Virus record (IMG/VR): IMGVR_UViG_3300037634_001012
Coordinates: 1 to 39,530 of that record
Reading direction: 5' to 3' (one strand)
Length of the DNA: 39,530 bases
Source of the DNA: a virus
Lineage: Duplodnaviria > Caudoviricetes
The position numbers and the translations under genes are program-made. The notes below the pieces were generated by a model. It searched no databases, was not told the origin of the DNA, and saw nothing but the letters and a program-made list of their open reading frames with translations. This document shows, in pieces, positions 20,529 to 30,700 of the stretch; position 1 is the first letter of the stretch; each line of letters begins with the position of its first letter.

Positions 20529-20870
20529 ATGCCAGTAACATTCACAAAAATAGTATTTGACAGTCCAGTAAACCCTTCTTTACAAGTAGGGGATATGGTA
20601 TATGTTTCTAGTGTAAGTAATGGAATAATTGGTACTCCAACGATAACAGCGAAAGTTGTTACGATTGCGTCCCATCATATATTAATAGATCAAGATAACA
20701 CAAGTGGTACAATAATAAATAACGGAGATTATATATTATTTGCGAAAAATATTCAAGTAAACGAATCAAGTTTAAAAGGATATTATGCTGATGTGACTTT
20801 TGAAAATTCTTCAAATAAAAAAGCTGAATTGTTTGCGGTTAGCTCAGAGGTTGTACTTAGTAGTAAATAA
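20529..20870 (+). CDS. Small tail-region protein
   Basis: 113 aa; NPSLQVGD N-terminal and SSLKGYYA...ELFAVSSEV..SS C-terminal motifs, of the type seen after nozzle genes in this phage type. Confidence 0.6.
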   Translation: MPVTFTKIVFDSPVNPSLQVGDMVYVSSVSNGIIGTPTITAKVVTIASHHILIDQDNTSGTIINNGDYILFAKNIQVNESSLKGYYADVTFENSSNKKAELFAVSSEVVLSSK

Positions 20871-20876
20871 TATGTA

Positions 20877-20893
20877 AAAAGTGTAACTATATA
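20877..20893 (+). promoter_or_regulatory. Candidate phage late promoter motif (AAAAGTGTAACTATATA)
   Basis: Intergenic, upstream of the GNAT/ejection module; similar GT(A/G)A(C/T)(T/A)ATA cores at ~36213 and ~37202. Confidence 0.35.
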
Positions 20894-20914
20894 AGTACAC
20901 TTAAATTAAATTAA

Positions 20915-21361
20915 ATGAAAATAAAAGGAAAAGAAAATCTTGATATTGATATTCGCCCTATTAGATTAGATGACTATCTAGAACTAGAAAAATGGTGGAA
21001 ATTATATGAAAAACATGGTGAGGTTATGCCAAAAAAAAGCTTATTACCAGACGATGGGGGATACGTCGTAGTAAAAGAAGGTAGATTAGTTGCTTCTTGT
21101 TTTTTGTATTTAACAAATTCTGCTATAGGATATATTGATTACTTAATAGCAGATCCAACATATAGAGAAAAAGACAGACTTGAGTTATTACTTGATTTAG
21201 CCGCTCGCGTAACCGCTGTTGCTATTGATAATGGTTGTGAAAGTATTTGGGCTATGACAAAAAATAAAGGGGTAATAGAATATGCCGCGGGAGATGGACG
21301 TGCCTTTGGGTTAGTACCTGGTGATTATAAAATGGTACGCACTTATGGGAGTGGATATTAA
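20915..21361 (+). CDS. GNAT-fold acetyltransferase-like protein
   Basis: IRPIRLDDY start, G-rich beta strands (GYVVVKEGRLVASCFL), motif-A-like IDYLIADPTYREKD, then helix and GCESIWAMT. Position between nozzle and ejection genes is like T7 gp13. Confidence 0.7.
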   Translation: MKIKGKENLDIDIRPIRLDDYLELEKWWKLYEKHGEVMPKKSLLPDDGGYVVVKEGRLVASCFLYLTNSAIGYIDYLIADPTYREKDRLELLLDLAARVTAVAIDNGCESIWAMTKNKGVIEYAAGDGRAFGLVPGDYKMVRTYGSGY

Positions 21362-21409
21362 AATAGCAGATGAAAGAAAAAATGTTAAATAATTTAAAAA
21401 TTTATAAAT

Positions 21410-22744
21410 ATGAGTAGTGGTGGAGGCGGTGGGCATTCGAGAGCAATGACCGAATTAGCAAAAGAACAGTTTGAGTATTATAAAGAACAACAGATAAAAG
21501 CTCAGGAAAGAGTAGACATTCAAAGAGAGGACTATGAAGCTTTTGAATTTACAAATCCTTTTGCTGATGCTCAAAATCCGTTCGCGAATATACAAACTGA
21601 TTTTTCAAATATATATGGTGGAGCTAAAAACGTGTTCGCTGGTGCACAAAATAAATTTGCTGGATTAGAGAACAGATACGAAGGCATGGAAAATCGTTTT
21701 GAAGATATGACTGTTGATATGCGTGCCGCAGATTTTCAAACTCAACAGATGCAACAACAACAAGCAAATATAATGCAAGGATTAAGGGGTGCTGCTGGCA
21801 CTAGCGGTGTTGCTGGTCTAGCTCAAGCCATGGCAAGCCAAGGCGCTATACAATCTCAACAAATAGCTGCGGGAATTAGTCAGCAAGAAAGACAAAACCA
21901 AATGTTATCAGCACAAGAAGGGGCTAGAATAGATCAATTACAGAGAGGTGCTGGTATGCAATTAGATCAATTGTCAGCGCAAGGAGCTATGAAAACCCAA
22001 CAAATGCAAATGGCTGGAGCTTCTGAACAACAACAAATGATATTAGGTGGAGCGGCCCAAGCTCAAGCATTAGGTGTGTCGCAACAAAATGTACAGGCCC
22101 AAGGGCAATGGATGGCAGATATGGCAATTATGCAAGGTGAAGCTGGTGTTCAAGGTGCTGAATGGGGAAGAGAATCAACCTTACTTGGTATGGAATACGG
22201 TTTGTTAGGAGGAGCAAATGAAGGTTTATCAGCGGCTATGGGAAACCAAATGAATGCTATGGGGATGAACGCACAAATGGCAAATTCACGGAATCAAGCT
22301 AACAATCAAATGCTAGGTACGTTCACTATGAAGTTAATATTTATGTGTGTACCAAAAGGTGTAAGTATTGATTGTGTTAATAATACTAAACTTATAGAAG
22401 ATATTAAACCTGGAGATACAGTTATAGGTTATAACGGTAATCCAGTAAAAGTATTACAAAAACATGAATATTTAGAGAATCCTACAGCAGAAAGATTTTA
22501 TAAAGTTAAATTTAAAGGTGAAAATGATAGGGTTCATGAAGTAAATGTTTGTGACATGCACAGAATTAAAGGTGAAAGATCTAAGAGTATAACAGAAAAT
22601 GTTATAAGTAAAGAAATTTATAACGGCGTTGAGTTTAGTTATGATTTATTAACAGAGGACGAAGGATATAGAATAGATGGTATTCCTGTTAATAGTATGA
22701 TTGGAGAATTAGCTGAACACGCTGTAAAATTAAAAAATAAATAA
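21410..22744 (+). CDS. Putative ejection/pilot protein with C-terminal Hint (intein-like) domain
   Basis: Gln/Ala/Gly/Met-rich helical body with 7-aa N-x-F/Y repeats. C-terminus M|CVPKG...IEDIKPGDTVIG...CDMHRI...YDLLTEDEGYRIDGIPVN|S matches Hint blocks A, B, F, G. Confidence 0.75.
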   Translation: MSSGGGGGHSRAMTELAKEQFEYYKEQQIKAQERVDIQREDYEAFEFTNPFADAQNPFANIQTDFSNIYGGAKNVFAGAQNKFAGLENRYEGMENRFEDMTVDMRAADFQTQQMQQQQANIMQGLRGAAGTSGVAGLAQAMASQGAIQSQQIAAGISQQERQNQMLSAQEGARIDQLQRGAGMQLDQLSAQGAMKTQQMQMAGASEQQQMILGGAAQAQALGVSQQNVQAQGQWMADMAIMQGEAGVQGAEWGRESTLLGMEYGLLGGANEGLSAAMGNQMNAMGMNAQMANSRNQANNQMLGTFTMKLIFMCVPKGVSIDCVNNTKLIEDIKPGDTVIGYNGNPVKVLQKHEYLENPTAERFYKVKFKGENDRVHEVNVCDMHRIKGERSKSITENVISKEIYNGVEFSYDLLTEDEGYRIDGIPVNSMIGELAEHAVKLKNK

Positions 22745-22745
22745 T

Positions 22746-24788
22746 ATGCCAGTAACAACGAGTTTTGGAGGAGCAGACGCTACCTTAGTAACAGCAGCAA
22801 CGAGAGCTGGTTTTGCCAGCGCTCCAAAAGATTATAGTAAAGCATTCCAAGGTGTTGCAGATAGTTATCACAAAATGGCAATATCTAATGCTGAGGTATG
22901 GGGCAAAGTAATGATGGCTGCTGGTGCTAAGTTAAAAGAAGCAAAGGATAGGTTTGATAATGACCCAGCGCAATCAACTGATGAAAAAGATGCGATTAAA
23001 GGAAAAGCTGGTGAACAACTTACAAGTTATATGAAATTGCTTAAAGAAAGATGGGACGCGACTTTTTCGGGTCGTGATATGGAAGAGTATATTCCTAACG
23101 ATAAATATGATCCAGATAAAGCAGCGGCAGATAGTAATTATAATGTACCAAAAGAAATTAAAAACCCAAATTATAAAAAAAGAAAACTCCTTGGTTTTTT
23201 AAATGCTAATTCTGAAGAAAACAAAAAAATTAGAAATGAGATTTTAAAAGAAAAGAATGATGCTTATGCTAGTTTTGAACAGCAAGTAGATGCTTTTAAA
23301 GGAGTTGAAAAGCTAATAAGTCTTGGTGATAAGCCAGGTGGAATTTGGGCAGCTGCTAGCGGGAATTATGCTACGGAAGGTGTTAACGCTTTAAGCGCTA
23401 CTTTTCGTGACGAAGTGACAGGAATTGGTAATTATTTGGTTTATGAAAAGGATGATAAAAATAAATGGAAGTTCACCATGTACAACGACGCTACTAGGGC
23501 AGAAAGTTATGATCCTGCAACTAATAGTATTGCAGATCCGAATAATAAAGGTGAAAGAATCAATTTGTCAACTGAAGGAGATGATTATCACAATAAACCA
23601 ACACCAGTTTTGCGAAATGGGGAAAAAATAAGACACACTGCTAAAGAGTACTTAAATATGTTAACACTCAAACCACAAGTAGATGGTGCTGGAAATAGTT
23701 TATTACAAAAAGCTATGGAAAAAGATTTTACAGGTGTTCAAGCGTTGGGTTATAATTCATTAACTGGACAAATGGATGCTATTCAAAAAGCCAAAGCATA
23801 CAGTATTTCTAAAAAATATTCTGACAATCCTGCGGCTTGGCACACAAAAACTTTTGTGGGTGGTATAGCGGAAGAAGAAGGTGGTAAATCATTTTATGAT
23901 GAAGCAGTTAACGCAGGTGGTTTGAACGCAATTTTATTTAACGCAGCAAATCAACATATGGACTGGAAGGAAATTGCAAGTGGGATGACAAATGTTGAGG
24001 GAACATCCCCTGGAATTGATGAAGCTGATTTTGCAGGTGGTGGTGAGGTTGCAAGGCGGAATTTATTAGGATTACAAGCCGCTTTATTTAATCCTAGTCA
24101 TGCAAATTACAGTAAAGAAGGAACTGGAAAAGTTTTTGAAAATTGGCTTAATAAAAAAATGGATAAACTTTTTGATCTCTCTTTCGAAAGCAAGGGTGGT
24201 GGAAATGGTAACGGTGATGGCGATGATGGTAAAATACCCGATATAGGAAGCGTAAAAAATTCAGTAGTTTTTGAGGGTGGAAATAACGCATATCTAGATC
24301 AGGAAGATCGCTCTAAATTCAACACACTGGCGAATAACATAAATAAAAGAGCAAGCATGGGTAAAGATGGTATTATTTATTGGGATAAAGATAAAAAATC
24401 TTATTTCCATAAAACTAAGGGTGTAATACCCAATAAAGCCACTATGTTTAAGTCCCTTTTTAAGAAAGAAATAGCAGACAATCTTAAAAACCCGACGGTT
24501 GAAACCCCAGCAACCAAGTTTTGGAAGAATATCAAAGATTGGGATGGAACAGAGTATATGGAAGGAAATGGAAATGGAAATGGGAATGGGAATGGAAAAA
24601 CCAAAAAAATAATAACTCTTGAAGATGATGACGTTGAAAGGATGTGGATGGGTGGTGTTACTTGGAGGGATATTAAAAAAATAAATGGAACGTGGCACAT
24701 AAAAACGGGTTATAGTTTTGGAGAAAACGAAGGGTACACAAAAGCAACAGCTGAGCAAATTAAAAAAATAAGTAAAAAATACAAATAG
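22746..24788 (+). CDS. Putative ejection (internal virion) protein 2
   Basis: 680 aa, helical and charged, between pilot and giant ejection genes; GN-repeat linkers separate C-terminal modules. Confidence 0.55.
   Translation: MPVTTSFGGADATLVTAATRAGFASAPKDYSKAFQGVADSYHKMAISNAEVWGKVMMAAGAKLKEAKDRFDNDPAQSTDEKDAIKGKAGEQLTSYMKLLKERWDATFSGRDMEEYIPNDKYDPDKAAADSNYNVPKEIKNPNYKKRKLLGFLNANSEENKKIRNEILKEKNDAYASFEQQVDAFKGVEKLISLGDKPGGIWAAASGNYATEGVNALSATFRDEVTGIGNYLVYEKDDKNKWKFTMYNDATRAESYDPATNSIADPNNKGERINLSTEGDDYHNKPTPVLRNGEKIRHTAKEYLNMLTLKPQVDGAGNSLLQKAMEKDFTGVQALGYNSLTGQMDAIQKAKAYSISKKYSDNPAAWHTKTFVGGIAEEEGGKSFYDEAVNAGGLNAILFNAANQHMDWKEIASGMTNVEGTSPGIDEADFAGGGEVARRNLLGLQAALFNPSHANYSKEGTGKVFENWLNKKMDKLFDLSFESKGGGNGNGDGDDGKIPDIGSVKNSVVFEGGNNAYLDQEDRSKFNTLANNINKRASMGKDGIIYWDKDKKSYFHKTKGVIPNKATMFKSLFKKEIADNLKNPTVETPATKFWKNIKDWDGTEYMEGNGNGNGNGNGKTKKIITLEDDDVERMWMGGVTWRDIKKINGTWHIKTGYSFGENEGYTKATAEQIKKISKKYK
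24564..24593 (+). repeat. Hexanucleotide microsatellite (GGRAAT)x5 encoding (GN)5
   Basis: GGAAAT x3 + GGGAAT x2 seen directly. Confidence 0.85.
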
Positions 24789-24789
24789 T

Positions 24790-27700
24790 ATGCCAGATAA
24801 GAATAGTATTTTTCCAGATTTTTTTAAAGATATAAATCTTGACGAAGAACAAGAGGAGCAGGATAGTCTATTTCCAGATTGGTTTGCAGATATAGATCTT
24901 GACGAAGAAGATGAAGAATCAGACGATGGTTCTTTGGGTTTACCATCGTTTGAATTTAATCCGGCGACACAAGATAAAACAACTTTCAATAGACCTGTGT
25001 TTTCTTTAGAAAGAGATGGTGATAAGAATAATGTTTACCCGTTCCCTTCTGGAGATTTTTACGATATTATAAGTGGAGATGATGATAAGGAAGAGACACC
25101 AAAATTAGTGAAAGACATCCAAAAAAAGGAAGGTACTTTTGTTCCAGAACCCAAAGTAACAACGGATTTTCGTTTACTAACAGAAGAAGAGGAGGAGAAA
25201 CTTTACCCACAAACGGTACAAGAAGCGGAATTTGGTCAGCATAAAGTTACGCTTAAGGGCGTTGAAGAAGGGGAGGATATTGTACAGGAACTACCTACGA
25301 GTCAGTTGCGTTACGACAGAACAAAAATATTCAAAATAAGTGAACATACAGAGGGTTATGAAAACGATAGAGAAAAACTAGAAGCATACTTAAATCTTGA
25401 ATACTTTACAAAATCTCAACATTTAAAAAATATTATAGGTACAGATAATTTAACAGCTTACCAAATTAAAGATCCTGATTTGAAACGTCTTAAAGAAGAT
25501 TTTAAATCTAATTTAGGGGAACTTGGTATTAGTAGAACTGCCTATCCAAATTTAGAAGACTATCATCTAGACGAGATATTAACCGATGTTTTTACTGCTC
25601 AAGTTGCAAAAGAAAAATTAGATATAGCGGTAGGAGATCAGTATACAACAATAAACGATATTTTAATTAAGAAAGAAAAAGATACAAGTGATGCTGATGC
25701 TATTAAAGAAGGTGTTGATAGACTAGATAATGGAAAAATAAACGGTCGTGCGAATAAAAACGAAATTGAATACGCTAGAATTACAAAACTTTTAAGAGGA
25801 GAGCTAGATGATGATACTAGAAAGAAATATGAAGACAGATTAAATGTAAATATACCAGGTTCTTTAGGAGATATTTTATTTATGAAAGATGAGGTAAAAA
25901 TGGTGGGTTTTAATCAGTATGAAAAAACTGGTAAAAGAATCCCTAAAGATAAGAAGTTTGAATTGTTTCACGATCCAGTTTCTGGTATAAATTACAAAGC
26001 TGGAGAACGAAAAGTGGCTGAAACGAAAGGTGGAGCTGTTATTAATATAACTGATGCTTATCAAATTTACTTAAACAAGTTTGAAAATACTTCTTTAGAT
26101 GATTTAACTAAATTTAACCATCAACTTTTATTGGAAGAAGCTGGATATAAAATAGAAGGTAAAGAATTGGGGAATTACTATGTTGGTGATCAAGTTATAC
26201 GTGGCATGCTAATAGACAAGGGTTACGAAATGGATAAGGATGGTATATTTAAAGATGTACCGCTCGGTGTGTTAACAGAATTATCAAACATTCCTGGCAC
26301 AAGCGATTTCTGGGGACGCGATGTTTTTATGGCTAAAGGTGAGATAATTCCTCAAGACTATAAAAACAAACCATACGAAACTGAAGAAGAGTTTTTAGAT
26401 TTCTTAAGGGTTAGAAGACAACAAGGTCATGATATAGCTGCCAAGAATGAAGCTATGTTCCAGACGTATTATTTAAATAGAGATATTAGCTCTATAAATA
26501 AAAGTAGAAAAGGACAATTTTTTGGAAATTTTGCTGGAACATTATTTGGGAAACGCACAACACAAGAGCAATTTGGATTTACCAATCAAGATGTAGTCGA
26601 TGTTTTTGCTAGTGAGATTCTAGATCCGTCTGGAGTAGACACTACACCAGGGCAACAAGAAGTGTTTGAAAGAACTGTTGCTGATAGATTTACCGAAGGA
26701 GGTGGGGCACTACTTGGTATGGTAACTTTATTGGGTGGTACTGTAAATCCAGCAATGAAAGCACTTGGTGTTAATAAAATGATAGCTGGTATAACAGCGC
26801 CTAGATATTTAGCAACTAGACTCACTTGGAATGGAACAAAAGCTGGTGGGGTAATAAAACAATCTAAAGTAATTAGAGATGCTGCTTCTGTCGGGAAGTC
26901 TGTCTCTCAATATGCGGATGATATAGGATTAAAAATATTACCTGTAACTAGTACACAGAAAGGAGTAGGGTTAGTTGCTGGAGCTCTTTTAGAAGAGTGG
27001 AAAATGGGACCGGTTCTTGGGGCAATGACCGACGATAGGGTAAGGTTTGAACCAGGTGTTGGAGCGGGTTTCTATTTAATGCCTAAATTAATTCCATTTG
27101 GATTTGGAAGATTTGCTCAAGGTAAACCTTTAGGTATGACTTTCAAAAATAACCAAATGAATACCTTTATGCAATCGACATTTGTTAATGGTCCTTCTTT
27201 TGCTTTAGCTGTTGAAGGTGGTGATTTTTTGAATGCACTTGGTGACGACATGATGGGTAGAGAAGAGATTTATGGTTGGGCTAAACATCATTGGGGCGAT
27301 CGTAAAGAAAATATGATTCGTGTTGGTTTAAATATAGTTAACGGTAAGGTTTTAGGTATGATGCATTTCAATCCTCTTGATTATAAAACTACTAGTATGA
27401 TTGGAGATTTTAAAAGAGAATCTATGGGATTATACGCTAAAGATTATAAGAAAATAAAAGAACTAGCAAAAAAAGAAAAGTTAACGCCTGAAGAGTTCAT
27501 GTTGTGGAATCCAAAACATAAGGATGTACAAAACGCACAAAAACATCATACTGACTGGATGTTATCTGATCAACGTTTGGACTTGATTAACGAAACAGCA
27601 GATTGGACAGGTGATGGTGCAAATACAAAAAAAGTTTATGAAGATCATTACAAACCACTTGTGGAGTTATTTGAAAATAAGGGTAAAAAAATACAAATAG

Positions 27701-30700
27701 AAGTTGGTAACAAACCTATTTATCAATCTATGGGCTTTAAAAATGGTAGAGAGGTTTTTGATGAGGTAGATGCGTTATATACAAGAATGAGTGATAGTAA
27801 AGATGGTATTGCTAGAATACAGATCAATACAAGAAAATCAAAAGGAAAGGCAACAGCGAGTCACGAAGGCTTACATGCTTATTTGGATTTACTGTTTGAT
27901 GGTAATATAAAAGTAGAGAAAGCTTTTATGGAATCACTTAAAACTGCTTTAAAAAGTATGAAAACAGAAGGTGGTAGCAATGTCTACCAAGATATATTAA
28001 ACACTAAAGATATAAAAGACATTAATAAGTTAGAGGAATTAATGGCTTATGGAGCTGAATATTTAGGTAAGGTAGAAAACTATAATGCTTTAGTTAGTAA
28101 TCAAGGTTTTACTAAAATGAAAAAGTTTTGGAATAACTTTGCTGGAAGCGCTTTCCCAGGATTAAAAGCAGATTTAACTTTAAAACAAGATATAATAGAT
28201 CTTTTAGGTACTTATGGTAGAACTGGTGATATAAGAAAATTAGATAAATTTGCTGAGAATATAGAATACGATCCTACTGGTGAAGCTAGAAAAGGTCAGG
28301 TTGCTACAAGAGGAGAGAGTATAAATAAAGAAATAGCAGAGATTAAAAAAGAGAAAAAGGGAGTTCTTAAAAATCTTAACGATATAAATATAACCAAACC
28401 CAAAGGATATAAAACAGTTGCTGAAGAAAAAAGAGAAGAATGGAAAAAATTAGATGCTCGTCAGAAAGAATTAGAAAATCAAGTTGAAATAGAAGATGTA
28501 AAAGAAGAGGTAAAAGAAACAGGTTGGGATCAACAGATTGATAAAAATTATACTATTGGTAAGTATAAAGATAAAACTGTAAATGGTAAAAAAATAACAG
28601 CTAAAGAAGATTTTCAAAATAAGCAAAGATTTGCTGGGGATAAGGCGGTGGCTGAAGATATAAGAAACAGTACTGGTTTAGAAAATAAAATTAGACAGAA
28701 TGCAACTTTAATGAGAGTTCCAAAAGAAGCTCAAAAGCAATTCGTTCAAGATGTTAAAGAAAGAATAATAGAGAAATTTCTTAAAGAATATGATCCGGGT
28801 AAAATAAACAAAGAATTTGGTAGAGAGTTAACTCCTTTTGGGTGGATGACACATCGCACTAAACATAAACCAAGCATGATATATAGAGCCGCTGGCGATG
28901 TTGCTGCTAAATATAAGAAAGAAATTCCAACAATAAAAGCTGACGCATATGAAGGTGGTATTGAAGCTTTTGAAGGTTACTCAGAGCAAACTGGTCACAT
29001 GAACACTGCTAAAACATTTGATTCCAAAGTTGAAAGAGATGGTATAGAATTATCTGAACAACCAGGAATGAAAAAGAAAGTTGGCGATAAAACTTTGGGT
29101 GAGGTAATAGATCAAAAAAGTGGAGCTGATGCTAAGAACTTAGACTTTGGGGCTAAGGGTGCGAAAAAAATTGTTAGTTATAAAAACATACAACCTAATG
29201 CGGAAAAAACCATTGGTAAAGAAGTAACTGTTGATTATTATAAAGTTACGCCTGAGATGTATAAGAAAATGCAAAAGCGTGTTGATCAACAACTTAACAA
29301 TGATGATATAACAAATGTTTTAAAAGTTATAAAAGATAATATTGGTATAGAATTAGGTATGATACCAAGATGGAAACAATCAATAATTGACAAGCACACG
29401 GGTCAAGAAGTTGCTTTTATGATTGTTGGTGGTAAATTTCCATCCGAACCAAAAGCTACTGGTACTACAACTAAAATACTTAAATTAGGACAAGAAGGGG
29501 GATTAAAGAATGGAAAAATAAAGGGACTATTGTATAATGAAATACCACAAACGGGTACTAAAGGTTCTAAATACGAATATTCTAAAAGATATGAAGAATA
29601 TCTTAAAACACTAGATAAAGCTTTCAAAACAGAATTTGAGCAAGATGTTATTGAAGCGTTATCTAAAGGAGATAGGGCGGATAAAAGTGGAAAGCTCAAA
29701 GGTTGGATGATACAAAGGAAGAAGGCTATGTATGTTCAAGGTGTCGATAAAGCTTTACCTAATACACCTGAATTAACCGCTAGACATACTTTGGCAGAGA
29801 TGTCCAATCAAGTAAAGGCTGGTTTAAATCCAGGGTTAGCCGCAAAAGATGTAAACGCGGTTATAAAAATGCTACAAAAAGATAGAATAGATATTTACGA
29901 TATATATGAAGCAATGCCTAATTCTCCTAAAGCTAGAGCGCCTATAGAAAAGTTAATACTTGAAAGGGACGCTTTAAGCAAGGATACTGATGTTATTAAA
30001 GCTAACATGAAATATCAATCAGAACTTGAGGTTAAAACTGAAGCTGAATTAGATGCTGTTTATTTAGAATCTGTTAATAGATCAAGACAAATTGCTAAAG
30101 ATAATAATCTAGTTGAAAATCTTGCAGATCCAAACTGGATTGCCAACAATCCAAATAAAGTTATTGGCACTAAAATTGTAAAAGGTAAAAAAGTAGAAAT
30201 TACCGCGGAACAGTGGAGGAAGGATTTAGATTTTCAAGTTCTAGAAGAAATGGGTGTTGATCTTAAAGAATTAGAAGCTTTACAAACAAAAAAAGGACAA
30301 ACATATCATCACGCTTTAGAATCTATATTAGTTGAACTTGGTTTTAATAGTAAAAGTAGAAGACAAAAATTACCTAATGGAGATTTTGTTTATTTAAACA
30401 AAGGTAAAAAAGGTAGTGCTGATGCTATTTATAGTTTTTTAGGTAAAACAGTTTCAACTAAAAAAGGTAAGTCAGCAAAAAAATACGAAAAAGTATACCG
30501 CCCTGATTGGAGCACAGAAAAGAAAAACTTACAAAAGCTGGAAGATGAGATGGTTGCTAATAATGAACCTATAGAAGCTATAAAAGACGCTAAGATTGAA
30601 ATGTATAGAAAAAATGCTTCTTATAGTGGTAAGTCAAAAGATTATGAAGCTACAGAAAAAGCTAATCGCGATTTTTTTGAAGATTATTTTACAGCTATGG

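Noticed and set aside
22346-22693. Mobile homing intein
   Set aside because: There is no endonuclease domain and it is not inserted in a conserved enzyme motif; better treated as a BIL-like or mini Hint domain.
24889-24903. DIDLD as a crAss-like virion RNA polymerase catalytic DxDxD motif
   Set aside because: It lies in an acidic N-terminal tandem repeat with no double-psi-barrel context; no convincing RNAP motif was seen elsewhere in the protein.
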